Assembly: GCA_963786955.1 (NCBI GenBank)
Contig: CAWBAT010000005.1
Location: forward strand, 800,001 to 864,000
Length of the DNA: 64,000 nucleotides
Origin: an uncultured Acidimicrobiia bacterium
GTDB lineage: Bacteria; Acidobacteriota; Terriglobia; Versatilivoradales; Versatilivoraceae
Reading direction: 5' to 3'
Positions 44,681 through 57,049 of the stretch are shown one piece after another; the stretch's first letter is position 1, and the number at the start of each line of letters is the position of its first letter. The position numbers were made by a program, and so were the translations under genes. A model generated the notes under the pieces. That model did not search any database, was not told the origin of the DNA, and was given only the letters and a program-made list of their open reading frames with translations.

Positions 44681-44973
44681 TCAGTCGAATCTCGCCCCAA
44701 TGAGTCGTTTCCCGGAAGATTCATTCTGCATCCGAACCACTTTTGCCTTCATCACGGAGTCGGCTTCAAAGGGGCTACTGGACATGAATCTTCAAGGTAA
44801 GATGCGAATCCATCCAGATGGGGGTTTTCAGGTAAAAAGAAATGCCACTTTCACTGATGTCAAGGGTCTGGGCCTCTTCCTGAAACGGGCTTCCTATCAG
44901 ATCATTCCCTATCGACAAGAATTTGGGATTGCTCTACTTCTCGGGGAGCTCTTCCTCGAGACTGCTTTGCCAT
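44681..44973 (-). CDS. Stand-alone PilZ domain protein with two apparent indels; absent from the ORF track
   Basis: Reconstructed as MAKQSRGRAPR..GNDLIGSPFQEEAQTLDISESGISF..KAKVVR..IGARFD*, with RxxxR-like and DxSxxG motifs. Confidence 0.75.
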
Positions 44974-44999
44974 TTTTCAACCCCTTCTAAACAACTGTT

Positions 45000-45430
45000 C
45001 ACTTTCTCTATGATACCATCAGAACTTTCATGAGCGCTAGCATGGTTCACCCAAACAAAGACGAGACTTGCGAATCCCAGTGGCAAACGGTCCAAGACTT
45101 TATATAGGAAAACAAAAGAAGGGAGAACATCCATTGATGAGGCCAGCCCGGAGAGGGTCAGCCCCATCAATGTCAAGGAGAGAAGGCGCTGCGAGACGCC
45201 GTTCCAGACCTGAATGATCATCAGAGAGGCAAGTTTGGTGCCAATCCGGATGCAATTCTGATACCAGGAGAATCAATCGCAAATGCTTTCTTCCGGTTGG
45301 ACTGATGGGAAAGAATTTTCTTCTCAATGGCAGGGGAGTACTCAGCAGCTGCTCTAAACTGAGAAGACGGGGAAATGGGTATGTCGTTCACAAGACCAGC
45401 ATCACGGAACTGGCGGAACCAGTTGGACAT
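45000..45430 (-). CDS. Possible frameshifted hypothetical protein with a hydrophobic C-terminal part
   Basis: Abutting minus-strand fragments between the co-oriented GT39 and PilZ genes; no motif recognised. Confidence 0.3.
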
Positions 45431-47112
45431 TATGTTCCGTCACAATTGAAGAGTCAATGATGGATGAATTGGGAGCAGATTTTATCAATCTAAGCGAGCC
45501 GCAAGAATTAAACTCATCGATCACTCGAATTTCATTGTTCCCTTCGCTGGCACCTCGGAACCAGGGCTCAAAGTTATTCCAAAACTCCTGTGTCGATAGC
45601 AATACAAATTCATGTTCGGATTCGAGCTGTCGGCTTAGATTGGCCTTAAATTCTCGATGGGCGGCATTATCAATCCACCATTGGTGTGGTAGGAGCACAA
45701 ACCGCCGCACAGGTCTCTGTTTCAGATAGAAGCTGCGTAGCGGGGCGGAAAGATAATCAAACAGTATCGAATTCCTCTCGTAATTGAGCTCATTGGATTC
45801 GATGAAGGGTGACTGAAAAAGGACGAGGGGCCCTTCAAAACTGGGCTGCTGCAATTTTTCAAGCGATTCCCTCCACTCGCTGCCGCCTGGCACCCCCTGA
45901 GAGAATTCTTTCTTCTGGAAAAAAAAACTAGCTGGCTCCAGTAGGGTATAAATGACCAGATAGAGCCACAAGAAAACTCTGCCTAAGGAATGATCGAAGA
46001 GAGTTAAGGCTATCGACGGGAGCAGAAGATAAGCAGGGAGAGAAGATAATATCAAATATCTTTCAACAAAAAGGTTTAGACCATTAAAGTAAAAAATCAG
46101 ATAGAAGAGAATTGGCGGAATAAAATACCAAGATGAATAACAAACAGAGAGGCTCAGTCCAATGAGAAGGTTCCGGCTTTGTTGGGCCGTGGTTCAGAAG
46201 ATTCCCCTTCTTAAAGACCCGAAAAAGCCACTGAACAGCCCAAAGCAGGAGGGCTATGCCAATGGCCCACTCTAAGGCTCTCAAGTTCAGGAACATCAAG
46301 GAATCGATGATTCTTGGCCTTCTCCTCTCCCAGTTTAAGCTCTGCCTGTATTGAACGACTCTCCAGAGTGGCGAAAGGAGAGGAAGCAGGAGCACCCCGA
46401 GCCAAACCTGCAAAGTCGCCCACGACCGGATGCTGCGTCGTGGGCTGGAACGAACACTTAAAGGAAGAGAATAGCGCAAGAAAACATGGACTGTCTGGAT
46501 GAATGGCAAGAGCATGAAAATATAGTGGGTATAGACGAGTAGGCTGGTCGCCACAAGGTAGCCTAGTGGATACTTGAGTTTGTCTCCTTTCAGCCATCCA
46601 AGAAATGAGATCATTGAAAGGGAACTCAGGAATAGGCACAACGCATAGGGCCGGGCGTTTTGGGCATAGACGATTTGCATCGAATTGACCGCACACAGTA
46701 AGGCCGCATAAAAGCCCACTTCGGCATTGAGTAGGCGCTTCCCAATTTCAAAAATACAGTAAACTGTCAGCAAGCTCGCAAGGGCGGAGAGCAAACGCAA
46801 AGAGACTTCTCCCGGGGTGAAGAACCCAAAGACAGCCTTATTCAATATGAAATAGAGCGGAGGCATGGGTTGAGGAATTTCGAAGCAGAGTTTCATCAAG
46901 GTCGGTATAGGAGTCCGTTGAGACGATCATCAAAGTCACGAATTCATCTGACCATAAACCGTATCCGTCAAGATGGTAGAAACGGAGAATTCCTGCGAGC
47001 AACAGGACGTCGCCTAGCCCGATCCATAGGACGGTCCTGGAAACTGGGCTTTCGTTCGAGCGGTGGGAAGATGGTATTTGCGCTGGCTGGCAACGGGAAT
47101 CACGTCCGACAT
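45402..47112 (-). CDS. Glycosyltransferase family 39 (ArnT/PMT-like, GT-C) membrane protein, frameshifted
   Basis: GLWSDE, PPLYF, LRLLS, QNARPYAL and YTHY motifs; multiple TM segments. Confidence 0.82.
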
Positions 47113-47319
47113 TGTGGTCGAATTATAACACACGCCAAAGGCTTGATTCGTTTCTCCGAGAAGCATTCCTGGGCCGAGCGGGAATAACTTTTTGTCCAAC
47201 TCCAAATGCCTGACTGAGCGCCTTAGGTTAGCCTTGCGTTCGCTTTTCGAGGCATGGGATACTTTCCTATCGTAGTGAGCCCGATCCCAATCCAATCATT
47301 TAACCTGAGGAGGACAAAG

Positions 47320-48343
47320 ATGGAACGCCAAAAGACCAGGCGAGAATTTCTTCAGACTTCGATGATGAGTACCGCAGGCCTGGCAATGGGGAAAACCCTG
47401 TTCACTCAAGCCGGGGATTCAGCCACCGGCATTCCTACTCGTCCACTAGGCAAAACCGGGGTTTCCTTATCCATCCTGGGTTTAGGAGGATGGCACATCG
47501 GCGCCGTTCAAGAGAAGGCTGAAGCCATTCGAATCATGCATGCGGCCATTGATGAAGGGAATCACTTTCTTTGATAATGCCTGGGATTACCATGATGGCC
47601 GCAGTGAAGAGTGGATGGGAGATGCGTTAGCCTTCGAGGGCAAGCGAAAGAAGGTCTTCCTCATGACCAAGAATTGCGAAAGAGACTATGCCGGATCGAT
47701 GCGAGATCTGGAAGATAGTCTGCGACGTTTGAAGACCGACCACCTCGACTTATGGCAATTTCATGAGATTGTTTACGACAATGATCCCGACTGGGTGTTC
47801 GAAAAAGGCGGGTTGAAAGCCGCTCTGGAAGCACAAAAGGCGGGTAAGGTACGTTTCATTGGGTTTACCGGACATAAAGATCCGCGAATTCATCTCAAAA
47901 TGCTGAATAAGCCATTTGATTGGGATACAGCGCAGATGCCAATCAATGTAATGGATGCACTGTACCGTAGTTTCCAGAACGAGGTCGTGCCGGTCTGTCT
48001 GGCCCGGCAGATCGGGGTCTTGGGAATGAAGAGTCTAGCGGGGGGCTTTCCCAGAGGTCGGATTCCGAGTCAAGCGGGTGTCTCTGCGGTGGATTGTATC
48101 CGCTTTGCACTCACTCGGCCAGTGTCCAGCTTGGTCGTCGGAATCACATCCATGGAAGATCTTCAGCAGGATATCGCGATTGCCCGAAATTTCAAACCCA
48201 TGCCCGAAGCCGATCAGGTGACGATCTTGACAAAGATTCGAGAAGAGGCGAGTGACGGCCGTCATGAGTTATTTAAATCCACAAAAATGTTTGACGGGCC
48301 ATTTCATCGCAAGCAGCATGGATTTGCAGTGGGTGCTGCCTGA
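47320..48343 (+). CDS. Tat-exported aldo/keto reductase, frameshifted
   Basis: TRREFLQ twin-arginine signal; RPLGKTG, FFDNAWDY, SLRRLKTDHLDLWQFH and GKVRFIGFTGH. Confidence 0.9.
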
Positions 48344-48580
48344 GCCCTTAATACGAGGGCGGGCATTTCATCTGACGGGCTCGTTCTATCCCGTAAAGAA
48401 ACTGCCTTCCGGCATGGGGTGGGAAGGATCGCTCTCCCGCAGGAGATGCTGAATGGTCTGGACTTATTTATCAGACCCCGAGAAGAAATTTGCAGACAAG
48501 GACACGGCAAATGTTTCGTACGGGATTGTCTGCACGGGTGTTATTCCGTTGGGCCCTGGTTGACCTCTGCGACTGACTGC

Positions 48581-48610
48581 GTGACAAGCAGTAAAATGGC
48601 GTGTTATATT
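48581..48610 (+). promoter_or_regulatory. Promoter candidate for the tRNA
   Basis: GTGACA-N18-TATATT with an extended -10 TG, 13 nt before the tRNA. Confidence 0.45.
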
Positions 48611-48623
48611 GCTTTCCTTTGCA

Positions 48624-48700
48624 GGGCCCATAGCTCAGTTGGTTAGAGCCCCCGGCTCATAACCGGGTCGTCCTAGGTTCGAGTCCTAGTGGGCCCACCA
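48624..48700 (+). tRNA. tRNA with CAT anticodon, most likely tRNA-Ile2 (lysidine-modified)
   Basis: GGGCCCA/TGGGCCC acceptor stem, D arm AGCTCAGTTGGTTAGAGC, loop CTCATAA, GGTTCGAGTCC T arm and encoded CCA. It lacks initiator features (C1 mismatch, three G:C anticodon-stem pairs) and resembles ileX-type tRNAs. Confidence 0.93.
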
Positions 48701-48722
48701 CTTCAGCCAAGAATCGATCTTC

Positions 48723-49450
48723 ATGCATCCAGAAGTCGAAAAACTGCTGCGTCTCCAGAATACTGAGTTACAAATCAAACACTATACGGAACGCGTTGAA
48801 TGCCTTCCAAAGAGGCTTTCCGAGTTGGAAACCAAGTTAAATGAAGCTCTCAAAGCAGTCAATAGCGTCAAAGATCGCATCTCAAAAATGGCGTTGGAGA
48901 AGAAGAAGTTGGAGTCGAGTATTCAGGATCTGGAGCAAAAGAACTCGAAATACCGGGGACAGCTCACGGATGTAAAAACAAACGAGCAATATAAGGCCCT
49001 TCTTCATGAGATTGAGTTTAATGAGCAGCAGATCAAAAAGATTGAGGACGATATTCTGGTGCTTATGGAAGAAGAGGAATTGCTTCGGCAGGAAACTCGA
49101 TCAAGGAGGAAACCCTAAAAGGAGAAGTGGACCTGGTTGAAGCGGAGAAGAAGTCGGCCGAAGCGAAGTCCGACAGGACAAGTTGGCATTGGTCACGCTC
49201 GAAGAGCAGAGACAAGCCATTCTTCAATCCATCGAAAAGAGTATCCTCGAAACCTATGTCCGTATCAGCAGTTTTCGAAAAGGGATATGCTCTCGCCAGA
49301 GCCTACCAGGAATCCTGCCAAGCTTGCCATGTCCGGATCCGGCCTCAGTTATTAAGCCACATCATGACCGGGGACTCCATTATCACATGTGACAGTTGCA
49401 GCCGGATTCTCTACTGGCAGCCGGATGCTCCTTACGAGATTGCTCAGTAG
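48723..49450 (+). CDS. Coiled-coil / C4 zinc-ribbon protein (DUF164, CT398-like), frameshifted
   Basis: LLRLQ..; KTNEQYKALLHEIE; CQAC..CDSCSRILY. Confidence 0.88.
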
Positions 49451-49490
49451 CTAGTCCATTCGTCTTGACGGATAACGGAAGTATCTTCTC

Positions 49491-49968
49491 ATGAAATCGT
49501 GCATTGCTTATATTGATGGCGGATCTCGTGGCAACCCCGGAGCCGCCGGATACGGAGTGAATGCTTGATGAACACAGACACTGCCTGGCGGAAATCTCGG
49601 AGTTCCTCGGAATCCAAACTAACAACTACGCCGAATACAGTGCTTTAATTGGGGCTCTCCGCTATGCCGTGACCCATCAGTTTGATGCCTTCGAGATCTA
49701 TGCGGATTCCGAACTGCTTGTCCGACAAATTAAAGGGGAGTACAAAGTCAGAAACGTAAACCTGAAGAGGCTTTTTGATCAGGCACAACCACTGATTCAT
49801 AGTCTGAAACAATTCTCCATTCAACACATCCCCCGAGAGGAAAACCAAGAGGCGGATCGGTTGGCCAATTTGGCCATGGACAGAGCAGGATCATATAAAA
49901 ACGGAAACTCCGCTTCAAATCAAGACCGTCCGGGCCGTATTTCCGGTCCGGTTGCTTCCACCCTTTAG
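49491..49968 (+). CDS. rnhA: Ribonuclease HI, frameshifted
   Basis: YIDGGSRGNPGAAGYG, TNNYAEY, DSELLVRQ and HIPREENQEADRLAN motifs. Confidence 0.9.
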
Positions 49969-49999
49969 ATCCCCTGAACTTACCCGATGGAGCAGAGTT

Positions 50000-50857
50000 T
50001 CAGTTGACGATCGAACCCCTGAAAAAGAGGTTTGCGGGATTGAGCGGTAAATGAGGTTCATTTACCCGACAGAATTCCACAGCTCTTGTCGTCTCCATCC
50101 CGAGAGTATCGGCGGCGAGTTGATAGAACAATTGGAGGCCTTCTAAGTTTTCTTGGTCAAGGGTGTAGTTAATGTTTTCGGTCAGGTAGCGGTGAAGCTG
50201 ATAGACAGGAAGGTGCAACGTTTGTGACTGTTGTTGAACAATCTCGTCAAGGTGGGTCTCCCCGTATGCGAGGGATTGTTGAAATACCGAAGGGTCAGCA
50301 AGATTGACTCCTGAACGAACACCCCAGAACGCAAAGACAAAAGGCTTCCCGGTCAGCGTCTTCCATTCTTCCGCTAGGTCATAGCGATAGTGATCATCGA
50401 CGACTGCTCTAAGGGCGGTGTCTCCAATGATTAACGCCGCATCCGAATGGTTTAACATGGCATCAATCTCCGGTTCGCAAGAACGCAGCGTCGGTATGTG
50501 TCCTGGTATTTCAGCGCCAGCAGGATGCGAAGGAGAACGATGGAAGTCCTGGATGAGTTGTCAATTGCCAAAGTCTGAATCCTCTCGGCCGGGACTTTAC
50601 TGACCAATAGGACACTTTGAACCTGTCGTTTTGAAGCAATCGAAAGTCCCGAGATCACTTTTACGCCGCGGATTCGTTGATACTCGATCGAAGGAATCAA
50701 TCCAATGTCCACTGAACCATCCGCCAGCAAATCCGCACAACGGGAAGGGGATGAGAAATCCAAATCAAAAAATACCTCTTTGCCGGCCATGCACAAACCC
50801 CCAGGCAAGAGGTAACGAGTTGAGATAATATACGATAGAAACTCTCAGTCGATTCAT
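50000..50857 (-). CDS. mqnA: Chorismate dehydratase MqnA (futalosine menaquinone pathway), frameshifted
   Basis: YLNSLPL, VQSVLL, SSRTS, LIIGDTAL and DLAEEW..TG.PFVFAFW motifs. Confidence 0.88.
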
Positions 50858-51063
50858 GATGGTATTCTAGCGTTTTCTTCTGCGGGAACCAAGGAGGGCG
50901 ATTGGGTAGCACCTCTGGAAGCGTCTATTTCCGCTTAACTTTTATTTGCGAGACGACCATCCCAGTGACTTTTTCCAGGTAATTGTTGCAGAATGATGCA
51001 GTCAGACCCTGCCGACAATTGTCCGCAGAATTAAGGGATTTTTATTCATCGGAGGAACTCAGA

Positions 51064-52689
51064 GTGATCTGGTATCAAAACTATGACCCGCTCCATTCTT
51101 GGCCTGTATCGACCTTAGTGTCTGCTCTCCCGGTATTGACGCTATTCTTCGTGATGCTGGTCTTGAAAAAACGAGTCTGGGTCTCTGCCCTGAGCGGCCT
51201 TACCGTATCGTTCCTGCTGGCGAGCACAGTGTTTCACATGCCCGGACAACTGATCGCCAATGCTTCCTTTCTGGGAATCGTATTCGGCATGTTACAAATC
51301 GGATGGATCATCGTGGCGTCGATATTTCTTTACAATATCGCGGTTGAGACCGGCCAGTTTCAAGTCATGAAGGAGTCGATTGCCGCCTTGTCCTCGGATT
51401 CCCGCATTCAAGTGATGCTCATTGCGTTTTGCTTTGGAGCATTTCTTGAAGGAACCGGAGGAGGAGGAGCCCCCGTGGCGATTGCAGGCGCTTTCTTGAT
51501 TGGACTGGGATTCCCTCCTTTTCAGGCTGCGGTTCTCTGTCTTCTGGCGAACACAGCTCCAGTTGCTTGGGGAGCCGTCGGGAACCCAATCCGAGTGCTC
51601 ACGGGAGTCACGGGAATTCCCGAGCACCTGCTCAACTCGATGGTTGGCCGCATTCTCCCCTTCTTCTCCTTTATCATTCCGTTGTGGCTGGTTAGAACCT
51701 TGGTGGACTGGAAGAGAGACCCGCGAAGTACTGCCCGCTATCCTTGTCTGTGGTGGGTCCTTTGCGCTGATGCAATTCTATTGGTCAAACTTCATGGAAA
51801 CCGGGCTGGTGGATATTGTTTCAGCCATCTTCTCTCTGTTAGTTATGGTCGTTTTTCTGAAGTTCTGGAAGCCAGCCTCGATCCTGGAAATCAGTTCCAG
51901 CAGACGAAAAATACAGCCATCCCCGGCACACCCTCGGCGTCATTTTCAAGGGTTGGTCACCCTTTATTCTCGCTTCGGTCTTCATCTTTATCTGGGGCCT
52001 CCCAGCCTTGAATAAGCACCTCAAGTTTTCCTTCCTCTCATTTCCCTTGGTGGGACTCCACAATCAGGTATATCAGGGTGCCACCGGTCTCTCCTCAACC
52101 CAGCCCGGAAGCAGCGTTGATGGACCTCAATATCTTTGGCATGCCGGGAACCGCCGTCTTAATAGGAGCATTCATTGCCGCCATACTCCTGGGGCTTCCG
52201 TTCAGGAAGATAGGCCAAATTTTCTTCCAGACCTTGGTTCAATTGGTCCCCTCGATGTTGGCTATATCTTTCATGGTCGGGTTGGCCTTCGTCACTCGGT
52301 ATTCAGGGATGGATACTGTCCTGGGTCTCAGCTTGACGCGCACCGGGTGGGTATACCCCTTCTTTGGGACACTCCTCGGATGGTTAGGCGTGGGCTTGAC
52401 GGGAACCGATGCCGGCTCGAACGCCCTTTTTGGCAACTTGCAGAAAGTCACAGCGGAACAGTTAAACCTTAGCCCCGTTCTCATGGCATCAGCCAATACG
52501 ACGGGGGGAGTGATGGGGAAAATGATTGCTGCGCAGAGTATTGTGGTTTCCAGCGCGGCCACTCATCAGGAAGGAAATGAACCTGCTATTTTCAAGGCTG
52601 TTTTCAAACACAGCGTCCTCCTGGCAAGCCTGGTAGGACTCCTGGTCATGCTTTATGCTTATGTCTTCACCGGTGCGGTGCCTCGATAG
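51064..52689 (+). CDS. lctP: L-lactate permease, frameshifted
   Basis: WYQNYDPL, FGAFLEG..GGAPVAI, ANTAPVAWG, LTGTDAGSNALFG and GGVMGKMI motifs. Confidence 0.92.
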
Positions 52690-52782
52690 CCTGGATGTCT
52701 CTTTCTCAAAGATCCGGGGCGCTTCTTTAATTTTCCTGTATAATAAGGGGGCATCTCTAAGAGGATGCCAGGGAGAAAATAA

Positions 52783-54031
52783 ATGTCTTATCGAAATAAA
52801 TTTCTTTTAATTTTGCTGTCGAGTGCAATTGTTTTTTATGCCGTCGTCGGTGGCATGCTCGGGAGAGTCTCCGACAAAGACGGATCCTATTCCCAAATTT
52901 CCGTGTTTACTGAGGTCCTTTACAAAGTTCGGAGTAGTTACGTTGAAGATCCAAACATTACAGAAGTCATGCATGGTGCCTTACGAGGGTTGTTGGAGTC
53001 TCTGGATCCTTACAGTACCTATCTCAGCCCCGATGAATATTCCCACTATAAGAAACATAAATCAAATGGGAATGGAGATGTTGGATTGGAGCTTTCGAAA
53101 GAAAAGATGTTGGGCTATGTCTACGTAATTCACCCAATCGAGGGCGGGCCGGCAGACAAGTCCGGCGTCAAGGCAGGAGATATCATCGAATCCATCGAAG
53201 ATGTTTCCACGCGAGACATCAGTTTGGTTCAGGCGGAGTATTTACTGACAGGAAATGAAGGGTCGCCGGTCAAACTGAAAATCATCCGTCGCGGACACAC
53301 AGATCCCCTTGAACTCAAGCGTAACCCGCGAACCATTAAAGGTCCCACCGGTAAAGGCTCAATTGGTGGACAATAAAATTGGTTATCTCAAGGTGTATCG
53401 CATTACCCCTGGCATTAGTGAAGAGATTCATTCGAAACTGCTCCAGTTAACCAAGAGTGGGGCGAGCAAGATCATTCTCGATCTCAGAAATTGTGCGGGG
53501 GATGAGTATGAAGAGGGTGTGAAATTAGCCAATCTATTTCTGGATCATGGCGTCATCACATACACCCAGGGTCAGAAGTCTCCCAAGAAGGAGTTCGTCG
53601 CCGACCCGGCCAAAGCAGCCACAAAATTGCCGTTGGTCGTATTGCAAAATTACGGAAGTGCTTCAGCCGCTGAAATTGTATCAGCGGCCATCAAGGAAAA
53701 TCGCCGGGGAGAACTCGTGGGGGTTAGAACCTTTGGAAAAGCCTCTCTGCAAAAGTTGATCCCTCTGGACGGTGATTCAGCCATTTTGCTTTCTACCGCA
53801 AAATTCTATTCTCAGTCAGGCAAAGTAATCCAAGGGAATGGGATTACCCCGGATTTTGAAGTCAAGGATGGATTGGATACGTTGCAAGGAGAAGGAGACT
53901 TACCCGAAGAAGACGAGAATACGAATCCCGAATCACCTGGAGTCAATAAGTCTAATCAGGAAGATTTGCAGCTTAAGAAAGCGATTGAAATCCTCAACAA
54001 GCCTGCCTCTGAAAAGCAGAAAGCCGCTTGA
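52783..54031 (+). CDS. Carboxyl-terminal processing protease (S41, PDZ), frameshifted
   Basis: LDPYS, PDZ GGPADKSG..GD, ILDLRN, SASAAE and TFGK motifs. Confidence 0.9.
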
Positions 54032-54061
54032 GGCATTCCGAAATCCCGCGAACATCCCAAT

Positions 54062-54089
54062 AAAGGGCAGCTTAAAGCTGCCTTTTTTT
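54062..54089 (+). terminator. Rho-independent terminator after the S41 peptidase gene
   Basis: GGCAGCTT AA AGCTGCC-type hairpin followed by TTTTTTT. Confidence 0.85.
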
Positions 54090-54140
54090 GTGCGTCATAG
54101 TTGATTGAATAGAGCCGAATACAACCTACAGTGTTGAATC

Positions 54141-56059
54141 ATGTTTATTAATTTAAACCAAATCAAAAAAAGCTTTGGCAGCAAGATGGTGCTTCAAGAC
54201 GTCAGTTTTCAGTTAAACGCTGGAGATAAGATTGGCCTGGTTGGACGTAATGGGAGTGGCAAAACCACCCTCTTTCGGTTGATGCAAGGCAGTTTGGAAC
54301 CCGATAACGGCCAAATCACGAAATTGTCGCAGTTACGTGTCGGACTCATGCAGCAGATTGCTGAAGTGGATCCGAATCAAACTATTTTTGAATCCGCCGT
54401 ATCGGTATTTGCCGACCTCGAGCAAATGGCTAATGAGATTGCCTTGTTAGAGTCTGAAATTGAATTCAAAGCACAGAATCCAGACCTCAATTCCTTACTG
54501 GATCGCTATGGACAATTGCAGACGCGATGGGAACTGGCGGGAGGGTATACTTACGAAGCACGAACCAAGTCCGTCCTCGCTGGGCTGGGATTTGATGAGG
54601 AAATCGCTAGGGAAAAAAACTCATTTGCTGAGCGGCGGGGAGCGGAACCGGCTCAACTTGGGAAAACTACTCCTTACCGAACCCAATCTCCTTCTTCTAG
54701 ATGAGCCGACCAATCATCTCGATATTGACGCAGTCCGTTGGCTCGAAAATTTCCTGAGGGACTACCCGAGTGCTTTCATCGTGGTATCACACGATCGCTA
54801 TTTTCTGGATGGAACCGTACATAAAATCCTGGAAATCACGGAAGGCAAAATTGAAGAATATCCAGGGAATTATTCGAGTTATGTTCTGGAGCGGGAAATA
54901 CGCCAGGCCCAGCGTCAGAAGGCGTATGAGGAACAACAGGCTTTCATTGAGAAGACGGAAGACTTTATTCGCCGGAACATCGCTGGGCAGAAAACTAAGC
55001 AGGCAAAGTCCCGACGTAAAATGTTGGAGAAATTAGAGCGAGTGGAGAATGCCTTGTCCCGCCAGCCGTCTGCGCTATTTAAATTTGGGATTAGTAACCC
55101 CAGCGGAGATCTGGTCCTCAAGTTTTCTAAAGTAAGCCTCGGGTATGACGAAAGACCGCTTGTCAAAGAGATTCACTTGAGCCTCTATCGCGGCCAGGCT
55201 CTAGGTATCATCGGCCCTAACGGATCGGGGAAGACCACATTCCTCAAGGCGATTACCGGTGAGTTGTCGCCACTCAAAGGAAAAATTCAAGTGGGACAGA
55301 GAGTCGATCTAGCCTATTATGAGCAGCAACTTTCCAACCTAGATTCCGGCTTGACCGTGTTAGAACAGATGCGATCCGTTGCTCCTCTCGCCACGGAGGA
55401 AACCCTGCGAAGTTATCTGGCAAGGTTTCTGTTTCGACGTGATGAAATCTTTCATTTAACCGGGTCGCTCAGTGGGGGTGAGAAAAGTCGGCTGGCTCTA
55501 GCAAAATTAATTCATGGAAAAGCCAATACTTTGGTGCTGGATGAGCCCACTAACCACCTGGACATTCCCTTCTTGCGAGGCTCTGGAAGAAGCTCTCCTG
55601 GAGTACCCCGGCACTTTGATCATTGTCTCCCACGACCGCTATTTGATTAATAAACTGGCCGACCAAATCCTCTATTTTGACGGGGAAGGAAATTGTTTTC
55701 ACCATGACGGCGGATATGAGGATTTTGAGCGTTATCGTGCCGCCCAGAATCTCTTAAGTCCAGAACAAGAAAACATTCCCAAAGTGATTCCAACCGCTGC
55801 GAAATCAATAAAACCGGACAGTAGCGGAATGAGCAAGAATGAAGCCTCTAAAATCAAGAATCGTTGTGACTTTCTGGAAAATGAGATCCATCGGCTTGAA
55901 GCCCTTCTAGAAACCAGCCGTAACGAATTGGGCCGCCCAGACATCGCCAAAGACTATCAGCAATTCAAACAACTCTCTGACCTTCACGAGGAAATCTCCT
56001 CGTCGCTGGACCAGCTTTATTCCGAATGGGAGAAAAACCTGGCATTGCTGGGGAACTAA
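54141..56059 (+). CDS. ABC-F family ATPase (Uup/YheS-like), frameshifted
   Basis: Two NBDs (GRNGSGKTT, LSGGE, LDEPTNHLD; GPNGSGKTT, LSGGEK); linker TKQAKSR; C-terminal coiled coil. Confidence 0.92.
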
Positions 56060-56233
56060 CCTGGGGCAATTTGAGAAATTACTGACCACGGCAACAAAGA
56101 TCAAAGTGTCTTGTGAGGTCATCCCAAATTCCGGCATCTCCTATAGGAAAATTTTCTATCTTCAAGTATTTTTGATGGTTTGTGCTAGAGAAGTTAGCCC
56201 GGAAGTTTTAGTATTTTAGGAAGCGCCAAAACC

Positions 56234-56821
56234 ATGCCTCAGCAAACAGCTCTTTTATCTCGTTTGGAGTGTTACCCGGTAACGGTTTCGCGTTGGCCTC
56301 ATCTGGAAGGGCTCTTCGGCGAGCGTGGAGCTTGTGGGGGCTGCTGGTGCATGGCTTGGCGTCTACCAACAGGGGAGTTTCGCGCGGGAAAAGGCGACAA
56401 GAACAAACAGGCTTTGTGGAAGCTTGTGACATCGGGAGAAAAGCCTGGAATCCTAGGCTATCTGGGAAAGGAACCAGTCGCGTGGTGTTCCCTAGCGCCC
56501 CGGAAAAAGTTTGTATTCCTCTCAAACTCACGAGTTCTCAAACCCTTGGATGATCAGGCTGTTTGGTCAATCTCATGTTTGTTTGTCAAGAATTCCTATC
56601 GGCGAAAAGGAATTTCGGTACAGATGTTGCGAAACGCAATCCAGTTCGCATCAAAGCAAGGCGCTCAAGTCGTTGAGGGTTATCCCATCGAGCCAACGAT
56701 AATCAAAACACCTGATCCTTTTGTCTGGACCGGAGTCCCTTCAGCGTTTCGAGCAGCGGGATTCAAAGAAGTGGCCCGTCGCTCGAAGTCGCGACCTGTC
56801 ATGCGTTTTCAAATTGTTTAG
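56234..56821 (+). CDS. GNAT family N-acetyltransferase
   Basis: CGGCWC, VAWCS, WSISCLFV..YRRKG and VEGYP motifs. Confidence 0.88.
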   Translation: MPQQTALLSRLECYPVTVSRWPHLEGLFGERGACGGCWCMAWRLPTGEFRAGKGDKNKQALWKLVTSGEKPGILGYLGKEPVAWCSLAPRKKFVFLSNSRVLKPLDDQAVWSISCLFVKNSYRRKGISVQMLRNAIQFASKQGAQVVEGYPIEPTIIKTPDPFVWTGVPSAFRAAGFKEVARRSKSRPVMRFQIV

Positions 56822-57049
56822 CCCAGCAAGTAACCGCGGATAAAGCGATTTCTACTGAAAACCCCAGCAGCGTATGTGTCAAAGATGTGCGGTCCATTTG
56901 ATTCCTGAAATCGTCCAGTGAAGTCGGGATTCGAGGCTTCGGTCGTCTTACTTCTGACCAGTTTTGGGGCGGTGTTTTTCGTCTCATTCAGTTCACGAAG
57001 AACGGTCGCTTGATCATCCCGATTGGCCATTGCCGGGAGTTGCCACAAA

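Noticed and set aside
45030-45460. Second, plus-strand PilZ gene
   Set aside because: Needs too many frame changes and has no clear DxSxxG motif; a minus-strand reading fits the local gene orientation better
48624-48700. Call as initiator or elongator tRNA-Met
   Set aside because: No initiator determinants and the overall sequence is closer to tRNA-Ile2, although elongator Met cannot be fully excluded without a covariance-model search
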